The translations under genes were made by a program, and so were the position numbers. A stretch of DNA of 63,978 nucleotides, counting the filler, from Choristocarpus tenellus KU-1152 (Eukaryota > Protista > Phaeophyceae): NCBI GenBank assembly GCA_964200185.2. It is 10 parts of 10 records of this genome, joined end to end, with 100 filler letters (N's around TTAATTAATTAA, not from the genome) between each part and the next. Parts side by side here need not be neighbours in the genome. Positions count along the whole stretch, not along the records: positions 1 to 5,058 come from CAXNAD020012011.1; positions 5,159 to 10,798 come from CAXNAD020010162.1; positions 10,899 to 19,327 come from CAXNAD020004718.1; 7 more parts are not named here. The stretch is one strand, 5' to 3'. Below, piece by piece: positions 1 to 11,969 of this stretch (positions within the stretch are counted from its first letter, which is position 1; each line of letters opens with the position of its first letter). The notes below the pieces were generated by a model. That model searched no databases. It was not told the DNA's origin and worked only from the letters and a program-made list of their open reading frames with translations.

Positions 1-1275
1 TTGGAAGAGTCTAATCGAACAGATATCACTCATTAAACACCTTCTGCTATGGAATTCAGTTCCATAGTACATATATAGGGGATGTTTATTTTGGAGTGCA
101 CCTCAACACTATAACACAAACACTTGTGGTAGTAATACCCTCAAAGACTCACTGCTTGGTCTCGTTTCAGATTGTTTCTAGGCTTTGCCATTTGTGTTTT
201 GGTCCTCAAAGTACTTGTACCTGATCACATTGCGCAACTGCATATGCAGGACAACATTCGGTATGGGTCACAACCAGAAGGTACTGAAGTAGGCATTTCA
301 GAAGTTTATGTGGTGAACAGATCATACACAAATGGGGACATGGAAAACAACCGTTTTATAGCCACGAGTTACTCAAACACAAATAATTGTGTCCGTTTCA
401 CTCTTGCTTAATGGGTACGATTTACTCATTTTTACCGATTCACATACGATTTTGAAGTGCTGTAGTACATACATACACCACACACAAGTCAGTCAAAAAT
501 AGCACAAAAAGGAGTTCAGAGAAAATGACCTCTTGGCACTTTGCTGACTACCAACTTCTTCTGAATACAGACCAATAAAATACAAAAGTAAGACCATACG
601 CCCATACAACCTCGTCAAAAGTCCGTACCAACAAAAGGAAAGTACTTCCTGTCGTTAATGTAACCCTTTTGACAAATTATTTCATTACCTCACATCAAAT
701 AAATTCAACACAAGAAAACAACACCCAGGAGAAAGAAAGACAGAACAACTCTTCTGCACTATCTGAAACATTTTACAGGTTGATTCATTGCTCCAATCAG
801 TGAAGAGAATTTGAGACAAGAGAACAACAGACCGCGCAGAAATAGAGATACATCTTTCACTGCAAGTGGGCAATCCAGTCCAGTTTGGAACACAAGTCAA
901 ATCACATCTACACAATCCGGAGTAAACATAAATAAGCAAGGTTCACGAGTTACCCAGAGAAGACTGAACACCACTCAACAAAAAATAAAACAGATTCCAC
1001 ACTTCAGTAACCAACGCATGGGAATGGAAATATGTTGCAAGTCACTCCCCCTATAAACTGCGACCACCTCATATGGAAATCAGTCGCCACGCACTTGCGT
1101 GTTCCCACCAAAAATTGGCATTTCATCAGGGACACGAAACCAGAGTTGATCTATGATGAAAGCTACTCTGCACAGGGTACTGTAATCCAAAACCACACCT
1201 CTCAACAAATTGACATGTAATAGATATACTAGCACTCCTCAAACAAAACCGTAGCGGTTGAACCTTGAGCAATTC

Positions 1276-2847
1276 TCAAGCCGCATTGGAAGTGCCCTTG
1301 AGCATCTCAGGGTAAGTTTGCCCTCCATGCTTGGAGTCATCCATGCCTGCTAGCTCCATTTCCTTGGACACTCGCATCCCCACAGTCAACTTGAGAATCA
1401 CGAACATGATCGTGCAGGTCCCACCCACCCATGCCAGGATGGCCAAGATGAACACAATAGCAGCGGCCAGAGAAGAACCGTCGCCACCATAGAAAACACC
1501 GGCACACTCGCTTGCTCGGTCTTCGTAGTACGCCTGTGCGTAGTTCTCAGAGGTCGCGAAGAATCCAGAAGCCAACACACCCCACGCCCCACAGCATAGA
1601 TGAACGGGTGAAGCATCTACTACATCATCAATCTTCAGATGGGAACAGGGGTTGGGGGGTAGAAGGCAACGGTGGAAGGTGAGAAAGAAAGGGAGATGGA
1701 AAAATCTAAGTTGTGGGCTATGATTCATGATAAGGTATCCAGCTCAGGGCATAAATAAAGTGTAGATACCCATAAGCAAGGAGAAAAACAAGTACCCCAT
1801 AACACAAACCCTTTGAGTGCAGTGGTTCAGTACCTGGAACTTAGCAAGTGCCTTCGAGGCCACGTAGTAGACGCCCCCTGCGATGACCCCGATGACGAAG
1901 GCACCCTCCGGTTCAATTGTCGAGCAGCTAGCAGTGACACCTACTAGCCCGGCAAGGATGCCATTGTTGGCAGCTCCAGCATCCCAGTAGTGTAGGGATA
2001 ATTTATGTAGGACGATCGAGGACAGAGCGCCTGCACCAGCACCGATCGTGGTCGTGACCATCGTCTTCGCCGCCACGTGCGAAAGGTTTATGATGTATAG
2101 GGTCGAAACACCATTAAAACCATACCAGCCAAACCATAGGATAAGTGTGCCAAGAGTTTGCAGCACTGCAGACTGAGCGGGTAGAGTGTTTGAGGTACCG
2201 TCCTGGTTGAAGCGCCCGACACGTGGTCCAACAACAATACTCGCAATTAGAGCCGCCACTCCACCAGTCATATGGACAACTCCAGATCCAGCGAAATCGA
2301 TTACACCACAGTTGAAGAGGGTGTCAGAAGCGTTTGTTTTCCATGCGGACGCCCAGCCCTCCGATTGCCAGCACCAGTGAACCACAACAGGGTATATAAA
2401 TGATGTAAGGATGATAGAGTAGATTACGTACGCAGTAAAAGAAACTCTCTCTGCCACGGCCCCAGACACGATGGTTGCAGCAGTGGCTGCGAACGCCCAC
2501 TGGAACAGCCAGGATGCGTAGGCATAGCCGTTAGCAAGCTTGCCCTCGTCATTCTCGAAGGTCGCGCCCTTTAAGGCAAAAGAATCTATACCAATAAATC
2601 CACCGGAATCCTTCCCAAAAGCTACTCCATACCCAATCCACCACCAACAGAGGGCACCCAGGGATGCGTCTCCAATGTTCTTGATGAGGATATTCTTGGT
2701 GTTCTTGATTGACACAGAGCCTACCTCGAGCATGGCAAACCCTGACTGCATGAAGAATACCAGTATTGTACCTAGAAGTAGCCATAGAGTATCTAGATCC
2801 GTCTGGATCTGCAAAGTGGATGGTTCAGAGGCGCTTGCGGAGCTCAT
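1276..2847 (-). CDS. AMT1: Ammonium transporter, AMT1-type (2 exons, ~456 aa, apparently complete)
   Basis: Exon 1 2847-1834 and exon 2 1632-1276 are joined by a 201-nt GT-AG intron (CAG|gtactg ... ctgaag|ATT), giving KFQ|IDDVVDASPVH. Amt motifs: FFMQSGFAMLEVG, FQWAFAATAATIVSGAVAER, DFAGSGVVHMTGG (His1), LWFGWYGFNG, NGILAGLV, DDVVDASPVH (His2), C-terminal MRVSKEMELAGMDDSKHGG. Confidence 0.96.
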
Positions 2848-4174
2848 GACACCAGTGTCTGCCAGCGGTGGAAAATATTATGGTGACACTTACTGGATAG
2901 GTGTGGCGCCCTTCCTATCTTTCCTCTATCCGATGTGATGAGATGTACCAAGTTATTTGGTGTGTAAGTGAAGGGGAGGGTGTGATTTGGGATCCTCTCC
3001 ATCCCAACAAACTTTTCAGGGGGAAGTTCTGAATATTTACCGAAAATTGGCGATGTATTCTACAACTAAAGACCATACAATGAAATATGAATATGTAAAA
3101 ATTAATTAATTGAAAATAAAAATTCAACTGTAGCGAATTAGATGGTATATGTCGATATATTGTCTCCAATCTCGAATATGTCCTATTACTCCACATTTAA
3201 GATCCATGAATTTGAGAAACCTACGTCATTTTCGAGAAGTATATCTCGTTTCTGGTGAATAGTTAATATTATATTTATTGGAGAAATATATATTTTATAC
3301 CAGAAGCAAGATCTTCACATTCCAAATACTCACAAAAATATTTACTCATGATATACTAAAAATTAGTTTGATCACATTCTTAACGAAATGAGTAAGAATT
3401 CTAGAGGAAATAACACCGACGTACTTATGAAATTTGTTATGTTGAGTGTCATGAATGATGGATTTTGGACGATATAATGAGGGTAGTATATTTAATATAT
3501 TACTTTTGTTGAGGGGTCTGGTTCTGTGTCAATGTCCATAGATCTCAAAAAAGGCAACCTCTGTCCCTCACATTTTCATACATTATTTTACTATTTATAT
3601 ACTTTATAGCGTGTGTCAACCAATGAGGGACAAGGGACAAGTACCATAGGACACACCATGTGGAGTTCCTATAGCAGTAGAGAAGCAAAAAGAGTGACCT
3701 TCGCCACATCAACAACGAATCTGGTCAGGTATTGAGAGAACAAGCACTCATCATGAACAAGGGATTCGATACCTCACAGTAGTGCTCCTTGATAGCAGGC
3801 CCATTCATCTCAACGATCATGATGCTGAAGCCCTAAACAAACGACCACATCCATAGCCCTCGCCCAACGTACCTTCTATGATGGGGGTGGCTGGAGCACT
3901 CTGGGCAGTGGGAAATGGGAAGGCTATAGATCCAGACAATCTTCCACCTAAGCTATAATTTGACATTGTCTTACAGGAGGACGTGACTCTCCTGCTCTAG
4001 AGTTTCTATACGATTGTGTTTGCTGCGTGGGAGCATGAGGCTGTCTTTAAGGTCTGGAAGGACACCATCATCACAGTATCCACAAGAATAGGGATAGAAC
4101 TAATTGTGATACCTCCAGAAACATTTCACTGGTGGAACATTCTGGCAAAGTGCTTGACTGATCCACGGATGGCA

Positions 4175-4207
4175 ATGCCGGCACCCCGCCCCCAGATACT
4201 TTGACCC
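4175..4207 (-). mobile_element. Isolated right TIR of the poly-G-TIR (family B) Sola2-like element
   Basis: GCCGGCACCCCGCCCCCAGATACTTTGACCC matches the end at 24681-24725 (GCCTGCACCCCCCCCCAGATACTTTGACCC). Confidence 0.7.
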
Positions 4208-5058
4208 AATACCACATTCTACATCACTGGTGGCAAGGATACTTGCTGACTACATTATGGGTAGCTCAAGGGTTAACTCAAGTGTTCTAACAAGACCTGA
4301 TCCCAATAACCCCGAACTGTTATACTTAGTGAGGTTTTACCCAAGGATTGCTATCCCTCTAATCAGTTACTACGTTTATCTCTAGTTCGGTACAATACAA
4401 AGTAGTGACGTGCACATAGTGATGTTGGACAATACCCAGTGGATAATTGATATTCAGTGTTTGTTTTACTATATAACTGAACTACTAGCTTTCGGCGACG
4501 AGCCTTGCATGCGCACCCAATCCAAAGTCAATCATAAGCATTACCGCGTACATAATTCCCCTCCTCAAAGGAATACTTTCTTTGCAATCAGGTTCATGTA
4601 CGCCCAGTTTCCCTCGATCTTTTCGCACTGCCTTGCTACCTCCACCTGTACCATTTTCCACCATACCTCTCCTTCAACGATTCCTACCAACATCAAAGCA
4701 GAGATTTATGGAAACAAGAGGAAACTTTCCTTTTGCCAATTTGATCTTAACAAATTCGGAATCCTGAATCGTGAACACCCACATATCAACATTACTACCA
4801 GACCGTTCCTCTCAGATTCTGTGCAATGTAGGCTGATAGTCTATATGGTTTATATGTGTTTAGTGAACACTACTACGACAACAGGAATGTTGGCTAAGTG
4901 GAACAATTGTCATTGACTTATGTTTGTGTGCGTAAAGTAATGAGGTCGAATCTCAGATGATCGATATCTTATTGCTTGATATAAATGGACTGATGGAGGA
5001 GTTCTGACATAGTACTAGCTACACAGGATAAGTGACATAGTACGATGTAACGGCAGGA

Positions 5059-5158
5059 NNNNNNNNNNNNNNNNNNNNNNNNNNNNNNNNNNNNNNNNNN
5101 NNTTAATTAATTAANNNNNNNNNNNNNNNNNNNNNNNNNNNNNNNNNNNNNNNNNNNN
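5059..5158. other. Artificial contig-joining linker (first of nine)
   Basis: N44-TTAATTAATTAA-N44 with stops in all six frames. Identical linkers at 10799-10898, 19328-19427, 26263-26362, 32904-33003, 39928-40027, 42902-43001, 55865-55964 and 61209-61308. Confidence 0.98.
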
Positions 5159-6266
5159 TGACACCCTACTTTGTCGCGCATCGTTTTTTCGCCACCAGTC
5201 TGGGATGGAATACCCCCCAAGACTGAGAGAGTCTGCCCAGATGTTGACATAAAGAGTGTTTCGTTCTCCCTACGCATATTGCAGTGGTCGCAACGTGAGA
5301 TCAAGACGGCTTCCCCTCCCGCCGACGCCCCGTTTAATTCATTGCACCTCTTGTGCTGCCGCTCTTCTCCTTCACACAGGTAGACTGACGAGCGTACGAA
5401 GCCCTCCTGAGTACCTCTTCGGGAGATTTCAACAAGTGCGATGATGTCCCTGGGGGACCAACTGCGCTGGCCAATCCTTTGGGAGGACTAGCTTTCGTGA
5501 TGCGGGGGCCTGACCCGTGAGTAAATAACAGTCTAGTTGCTCTGAACATATCTCAGAGGCTGTACAATAGGAGTGATCAACGACGAACCTCCAAAATGTC
5601 CACATGCAAGTTCCATCTTCTAACTTCCCATTCTTCATGAGTAAAGACCGCAGAGAAACTCAGTTGGTGTGTGGCAATGGTACTCCTCTCAGGTTGTTCG
5701 TGCCCATGGGTTGTCAAGTATCGAATGGACGACTCCGGTTTCACAACACCAACGTCCCAAATAGTCTTGTTTCTTATTCTGTTATAGCATAAATAACTCC
5801 TTCGAAGTACAAAAAATACCATTACTACTCCACTACTTCGAAGTGCGATAATTGTGCAACTCTGAGGTTTTCATTCACTCTACCAAATCCTAGATTGCCG
5901 CTTGACCTTGCCCTCGTATACCCTCGTTTCTCCTTGTGATCGTTCTGTGTCCCTCAACAGCCAAGCTATCACGATAAAGCCACCACCAACCCTGAAATCT
6001 GCCCAACTGACGGCCCAGATGGCTGAGGTAACTCGTACATTGCTTTTGCCTGTGTACCTCAGATGGCGTTGTACCTTCCAAGGTTGCACAACCTATTTGA
6101 TATGGTTATTTGCCTATGTATGTTTTCAGGAGTCTTGTCCACCTGCTTACCCTCACCATGGCACTTTCAAACATTTTTTGATTCATAATCTTTGAGCACA
6201 AGTGATCGCTATACTAGGCGTCTATTTATACTCGAATCATTTCGTCTTGTTATTGACTACTAATGT

Positions 6267-6340
6267 TATGTATGTATGTATGTATGTATGTATGTATGTA
6301 TGTATGTATGTATGTATGTATGTATGTATGTATGTATGTA
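6267..6340. repeat. (TATG)n microsatellite
   Basis: Perfect tetranucleotide run. Confidence 0.97.
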
Positions 6341-7745
6341 TAATGTAAGCATATGGAGTATGTGGATGTGTGAGGTATAAATGTTTTTGTTTCTTATCTC
6401 TCATTGCTCCTCTTTTGGTTTCGATGTGGGACATCCACGCGGAAGGTGGACTGGATGGCATTGCTTAGGGATGTTCCCTTCAGTCAGTACGGCACAAATG
6501 AACTGGCACAAGAGGCTGCAGGTTGGTGAAGTGGTATAATATTTTTTTGTCTCAATAGGGGACTAAAGTGGATTGTGAGTTTGCTGACCTTTTATTAATA
6601 TTATCCACTTCTTGTTGAATAGCTTTGCACAGGAAAGGCTCGTTGACACAAGCTGCTGGTGGGTTACATGATGAACATACACTGTTAATTAAATATCCAA
6701 TGGGCTTCCGTCTTAGTCATCAATTTCCTGACATATGGTCAAACGTCTGACGCATCATACCGCTATATACGTTACTACTCTGTATTGTACCGAGCTAAGG
6801 ATAAACGTACATGAAAGTGTCATACTGTTCTATATCAACATGAGCAACGTAATCAAAACAATAGTTATTGCGACATCTCTCGCATATTGAAAAGAGAAGT
6901 TGTTTGAAGTATCTTATAGTATTGTTTCTGCAGCATCATTCCTGTGCTATTCTCATTTTTGCAACCTCAACAGACCAAACAAGTCGCCTGTACTTACACT
7001 TGATGTGTCCTCACACCCTCTCCTTCCCTGTACCGAGAGAATCTTTCTGAGATTCCGGGATACTTTGGGTATGTCCGGCCTCTAAACTCTGATGGCTCTG
7101 TGGATCCCGCCAACCATCTTTTTCGAACATCGTTCCCCGAGGTAACAGAGGGACCACATTTGTCCCAGGTAAGAATTCCCTCCCCTTGATATCGGTAGGT
7201 TGCCCCAAGGCTATCCGTAGATGGGTACTTATCATCATGTCAGAACCACAAAGGCCTCACCTTTGCATGTAAACGTCAGTACCAAGGTACTATGGTGGCG
7301 AGAGAGCGTGTTTGCTCCAAGGCAGTATGCCCTAAAGTGCTTCGCCCTCTTCACACCTGCCTTTGCCGTTCAAACAGTGCCTGCTAAAGAACTTCAACTT
7401 GGATGCCATGGATATCTCACCCATGATCCGCACGCATTTGCCTAGCCTAGACTTCATGACAGACTACCAAAATTGGCTGGATATTAAGGTGGGTGTCGGT
7501 GTGACTATATGCCCCACCCAGGGCTGGGACAGAAAGGCGATTCAAGGCAACCCTTGTGGAGTTAGCATTTCAAGTATCATCAATTGACCATACATTCTTG
7601 CGGTTGCATTGGACCGATCTGGTTTTGTGGCTTGTGTGGACATGCCCACACGTTCACCCACGTCTATAGTTATTAACGGTACAATATGCATCAAAGCCAG
7701 CCATGAAAATATGTCAACCGTCAGGGACCTTTGTTTTTCTCAAGA

Positions 7746-7932
7746 GGCTCAAAGTATCTGGGGGGGGGGGGTGACGGTTGTCCATTTGGGGTCATTTTTT
7801 TCATGTCGCGAGTTTTTTGTGATATGGTTGCATACGTCGAATGGATAGTGTAAATTCACTTTTTCTGATTTTGAACCAAATGGACACCCTGGTGTAGACC
7901 CCGCCCCCCGCACCCCCCAGATACTTTCGGTC
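7746..7932. mobile_element. 187-bp MITE, family B (poly-G TIR), complete with 4-bp TSD
   Basis: AAGA|GGCTCAAAGTATCTGGGGGG ... CCCCCCAGATACTTTCGGTC|AAGA. Subterminal inverted GTCCATTTGG / CCAAATGGAC as in family A. Confidence 0.85.
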
Positions 7933-8988
7933 AAGATTAGTATTAGTGCTGAACAGAATATACTCAGAACAATACGTTTTTAACCTCTTTGTAGGGTTGT
8001 AATGGGGTTGAACTTCTCGCCCGTTCAAAGTCCAGAGGCCAGGCGTACTGGGTACAGGGTATTTGAGCAGACCTGAAGCAACGGTGCTGGAAGACTTTAC
8101 TGACATATCTATGTATTCAGTTCTGTTATACGCTCACTCATTGCTTCAATGAGGAGTCATTGCCCCACTCACCTTCTGTAAACTATTGTTGCAGCAGAGA
8201 CTTGTCCATTTCACCAGTCTTTACCGTAGATAACATCAGACAGCAAGCGGCATTAAAAAATCAACATGATGCTTTAACCTGCCCTACTTCTTACACACTG
8301 GAGTATCATTACGTAAGTGTGAGAACGTGCATGACAACGCTGCTTGCTCATCACGAAGTTTGGTATTAATTTCGACGACATTTTGTCTATTAACCAGATG
8401 CAGGTCTTCCTTCTGCTTGCCTCTCTGATATCTACAGGAGCAGTAGTATTAATAGTAGCAAGTGGTAGGTTTGCCTATCTCTTCAAGTATTGCTTTAAGA
8501 AGTCGAAATCGCCATGTTACCTTTCCCTGTGACAATACTGTGAATCTCGTAACGATTCGATAAGATTGCCATTAGTCGAAACCGAAAAGCAGGGGTGTTT
8601 TTTTTTATTGGTTCTTATTGGGGGCGAAAGCTGGCTGCGCTATCTCGTCGCAGAGATCGGCGATTCGCGCGCCTCAATTCGTGCGCTGCGTTGAACGTTT
8701 CGAGTATAATCGAATACATCGAAATTTCTCCAACAAATTCAACCTACGCTAATACAGTATGGACTCATAAACGCTACTTTCGATTGTCACAACACTGTCC
8801 TCCGGCCTATTCCGCGCTCCCTGACCCGCATCAAATAGAATGGTGCTAGCGCTGAGGACCACGAGCTGGATGAAACTCCCTGCTTTCTTCGCGATGCCCG
8901 CGGCATAAGCCAGGCGGTGGTTACGGACACACACTTTAGGTGCGTGGCAGGTGGGGATGTGAGCGGTGCATGTATCTCAGAGAGTTCC

Positions 8989-9246
8989 GAGCGAAAGTGT
9001 CTTTGAGGGTTCGAGTTTTGCCCTGTTTGTCCATTTCGGGCTTGGCTTCTCATGTATATTATTATGATATTTTTCTACTCCAAAATGTTTCGGAGTAGGT
9101 AAATGTGTAAGTTACGAAAAGGTGTGTCTGTAACAAGGATATTGACACTTCCTACCTAACACGATTGCCAAAATTATATCAAAATTGCAACATTGGATTT
9201 TGATCTCCAAATGGACACGGCTCTACCCTCTAAGACACTTTGGCTC
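8989..9246 (+). mobile_element. MITE family A copy (258 bp)
   Basis: GAGCGAAAGTGTCTTTGAGGGT ... ACCCTCTAAGACACTTTGGCTC, flanks TTCC/TTTC (TSD with 1 mismatch). Colinear with the other copies. Strand is an arbitrary orientation label. Confidence 0.9.
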
Positions 9247-9874
9247 TTTCAGAGTGTATCTAGTGATAATATATGCTGGGCATTTAGTATGCTCACTACT
9301 CATGTGTGCAGAGTGCAGCACCTTAGCGTTTGCTTACCCGTGTGAGTTCTCCCAGTATCCATCTTTGGCGTGAAGTGAAGGAATAGGTGAGACCTAACTG
9401 GCAGCAGAACGATTTTTTTTTTAAGTCCTCTCATATCTTATAATCTCAGCCAAAAGGATTCCGCGTACTCCCCAGCAGAGTTGCTCATTGATGATTCACC
9501 ACTGTTTCATATTATTTCACCCGTACACTGTAAGACAGAGGAATTTGGATAATGATAGGAAACAACAATGCTGGCACAACGAGCCTAAGCACGAGGCGGT
9601 CGCGGAGGAAGACCCAACTTTATGCCATCAAGAACATTCCCTTCAATAGAATTCCTCGATCGGGAGGCTAATTCTTGTTGGGATTAGATCTTCCAATGGT
9701 GAAGTATAATCTCTGAAAGCTCGTTGTAAGGCCCCATCTACAAGGACATTCCAGGTATTGTTATATATGTAAGCAGCAAGTGAACAAGTAACTTCCAAAT
9801 CCATGGTCAGACTCCTTGCACGTGAACGTGTGTTGGCACAGAGCAGCGGAATCTAACCCTCCCATCCTCCTGTT

Positions 9875-10131
9875 GAATGAAAGTATCTTAGAGGGTACCG
9901 AATTTTGCCCTGTTTGTCCATTTGGGGCATGGCTTCCCACGTTTCATTGTGACATTTTCCTACTCCAAAACTTTTGGAGTAGGTAAAATGTATACGGTAT
10001 GAAAAGGTGTGCTCGGATCAATGATATTGATACTTCCTAACAAACACAATAGCCAAAATTACATCAAAATCGCAACATTGGATTTTGGCCCCCAAACGGA
10101 CGCGGCTCTACCCTCTAAGATACTCTGACTC
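9875..10131 (+). mobile_element. MITE family A copy (257 bp)
   Basis: GAATGAAAGTATCTTAGAGGGTA ... TACCCTCTAAGATACTCTGACTC, flanks TGTT/TGGT. Internal hairpin CCTACTCCAAAA-C-TTTTGGAGTAGG. Confidence 0.92.
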
Positions 10132-10612
10132 TGGTTGTAAATATGTTCCTTGTATAGTGAGTTCTTCCGCTGTGCATTGATCACCCTCAAGGAGAAGGCT
10201 GTACCAGGAGGCAATGTTGGTCCGTACAGCGAGAGCTCCTGCCAGAGCGGCTTCACAACCTTTGGTCCAGGACACTTCATGGAGGTGGTTGGTAGCGCCC
10301 ACTGCTCAACCCAGCAGGCGTGGTACCAAAAGGTGAATGAATCATCGCCAACGTCTGCATACCGGATGGACTTGCCAAAGTTGAATGATCTCCCTCATCT
10401 CATCACCCATTTTCGCAAACCCTACCCGTGCTCCGTTTCAAGGAAGTGGACTATGACGGAAAGGATAAAATCAGGTTGGTTACCGAAAATACATGTTCTC
10501 TCGAACCTCAGGTCTCTCCCCTCCCACACCCTTGTCTCCAACCCCTCCTCGGCAGTGGAACGTAAACCGCTTTCTCTGACCGGAGGACATGGTAGGCCTT
10601 GTCGACAACGAG

Positions 10613-10685
10613 AATCAGTACCACGGTATAACGATATCTGGCATATGGCAATAACGGTATAATAACAGACAAACATGCTTTCCGC
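10613..10685 (-). repeat. Dispersed ~73-bp repeat, second copy at 63110-63182
   Basis: Reverse complement TGCGGAAAGCATGTTTGTCTGTTATTATACCGTTATTGCCATATGCCAGATATCGTTATACCGTGGTACTGATT aligns without gaps to 63110-63182. Confidence 0.8.
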
Positions 10686-10752
10686 ATATATATATATATG
10701 TGTGTGTGTGTGTCTGTGATGACGTTGAACTAGAACAAATATACTTACAAAT

Positions 10753-10798
10753 GGGTCAAAGTATCTTGGGGGGGGGTGTCGGCGTCCGATTTTCACCC
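10753..10798 (+). mobile_element. Family B left TIR, truncated by contig end
   Basis: GGGTCAAAGTATCTTGGGGGGGGGTGTCGGCGTCCGATTTTCACCC is the approximate reverse complement of 24681-24725. Confidence 0.85.
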
Positions 10799-10898
10799 NN
10801 NNNNNNNNNNNNNNNNNNNNNNNNNNNNNNNNNNNNNNNNNNTTAATTAATTAANNNNNNNNNNNNNNNNNNNNNNNNNNNNNNNNNNNNNNNNNNNN

Positions 10899-10922
10899 CC
10901 CCCCCCCCAGATACTTTGACCC
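10899..10922 (-). mobile_element. Family B right TIR at contig start
   Basis: C-run followed by AGATACTTTGACCC. Confidence 0.85.
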
Positions 10923-10934
10923 TTTACCGTTCAA

Positions 10935-11850
10935 ACTTGTGTCACATCTGTCACTCCCTTCACGCTGACACAACGCGCAGCCTCAAGATAACACGTATGC
11001 ACTTATCAAACGAATGCACTGATAGTCTGTACACACTTACAACTATCGCCGTCTATTTGTACAAGTCTGTCAATCGGTAAACTCACGCAAAACTCCAAGT
11101 TATTAATTTCTTTCCAGTGTCAACGTTGACCACCATATACCCATCGCTTGTTACATGATTCTCCCCACCCACAATAATTTGATCCCTGCTTGCCACTTGC
11201 GTCAGTCTGCACCCTCCCGCCCCTTCATAACCTGTACACTAAACACGCAATAGATATAGTTGACCCATTATGTCACATCCGCGCCTTCCCTTCACGTTGA
11301 CACCAAGAATCACATGATAATCACACGTACGCATTTATTAATTGACCACACACCGTCCATGCACACTTGCAACCATTGCCTCGATTTAGAATAAGTCTGC
11401 CAATCGGCAAACTAACCCCAAACTCCAAGTTATTGTTTTCTTTCACATAACAACGTCGGCCATGTATCCATCGCTTGCACAGGAATAGATACCACATCTA
11501 CCACGTGCATGATTTTCCCCACTCACAATAATTATCCCTGTTTGCAACTCGCAACAGTCTGCACCCTCCCGCCCCTTGCTAACCCATACACTAAAAAGGC
11601 AATAGATTTCGTTGACCCATTATGTTACATCTATGTCTTCCCTTCATGCCGACACTACAAATCACATGATAATCGCACATACGCACTTCTTAATCAACCG
11701 CACAAAGTCCGTGCATACTTGCAACCGTCGCCCTCTATTTTTCAGAAGTCTCTACCAATCGGCAAACTAACACAAAAATCCAAGTTTTGGGTTTCATCAC
11801 ACGCTGCCATCTGTCATTACCAAACCCTTGTTACAGGAATAGGTAGCACA
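10935..11850. repeat. Diverged tandem repeat, ~330-355-bp unit, about 2.7 copies
   Basis: Anchor AATCGG(T/C)AAACT recurs at 11072, 11402 and 11757; GTTGACCCATTATGT(C/T)ACATC and CAGTCTGCACCCTCC also recur. Confidence 0.85.
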
Positions 11851-11969
11851 TATCACTCCAAAGAAAATGCCATCATATCGAATCGATCACAGCACACTGC
11901 CTCAGTGCCAACACTGACTCCAACACGTGCCAACCCTCCCCTTATACGCATAATCACCACAACTCTTAG

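Noticed and set aside
1744-1833. C-terminal extension of the 367-aa AMT ORF and N-terminus of the 150-aa ORF
   Set aside because: Intron read-through; splicing 1834 to 1632 restores the conserved IDD.VDA.PVH motif.
5059-5158. Recurring TTAATTAATTAA palindrome flanked by Ns
   Set aside because: Fixed 100-nt assembly linker, not biological; adjacency of contigs carries no synteny information.
10753-10922. Left and right TIRs facing each other across a linker (also 26212-26381), looking like one element spanning a gap
   Set aside because: Flanks do not form a TSD (AAAT vs TTTA; TTTA vs ATGA) and the contigs are artificially concatenated.
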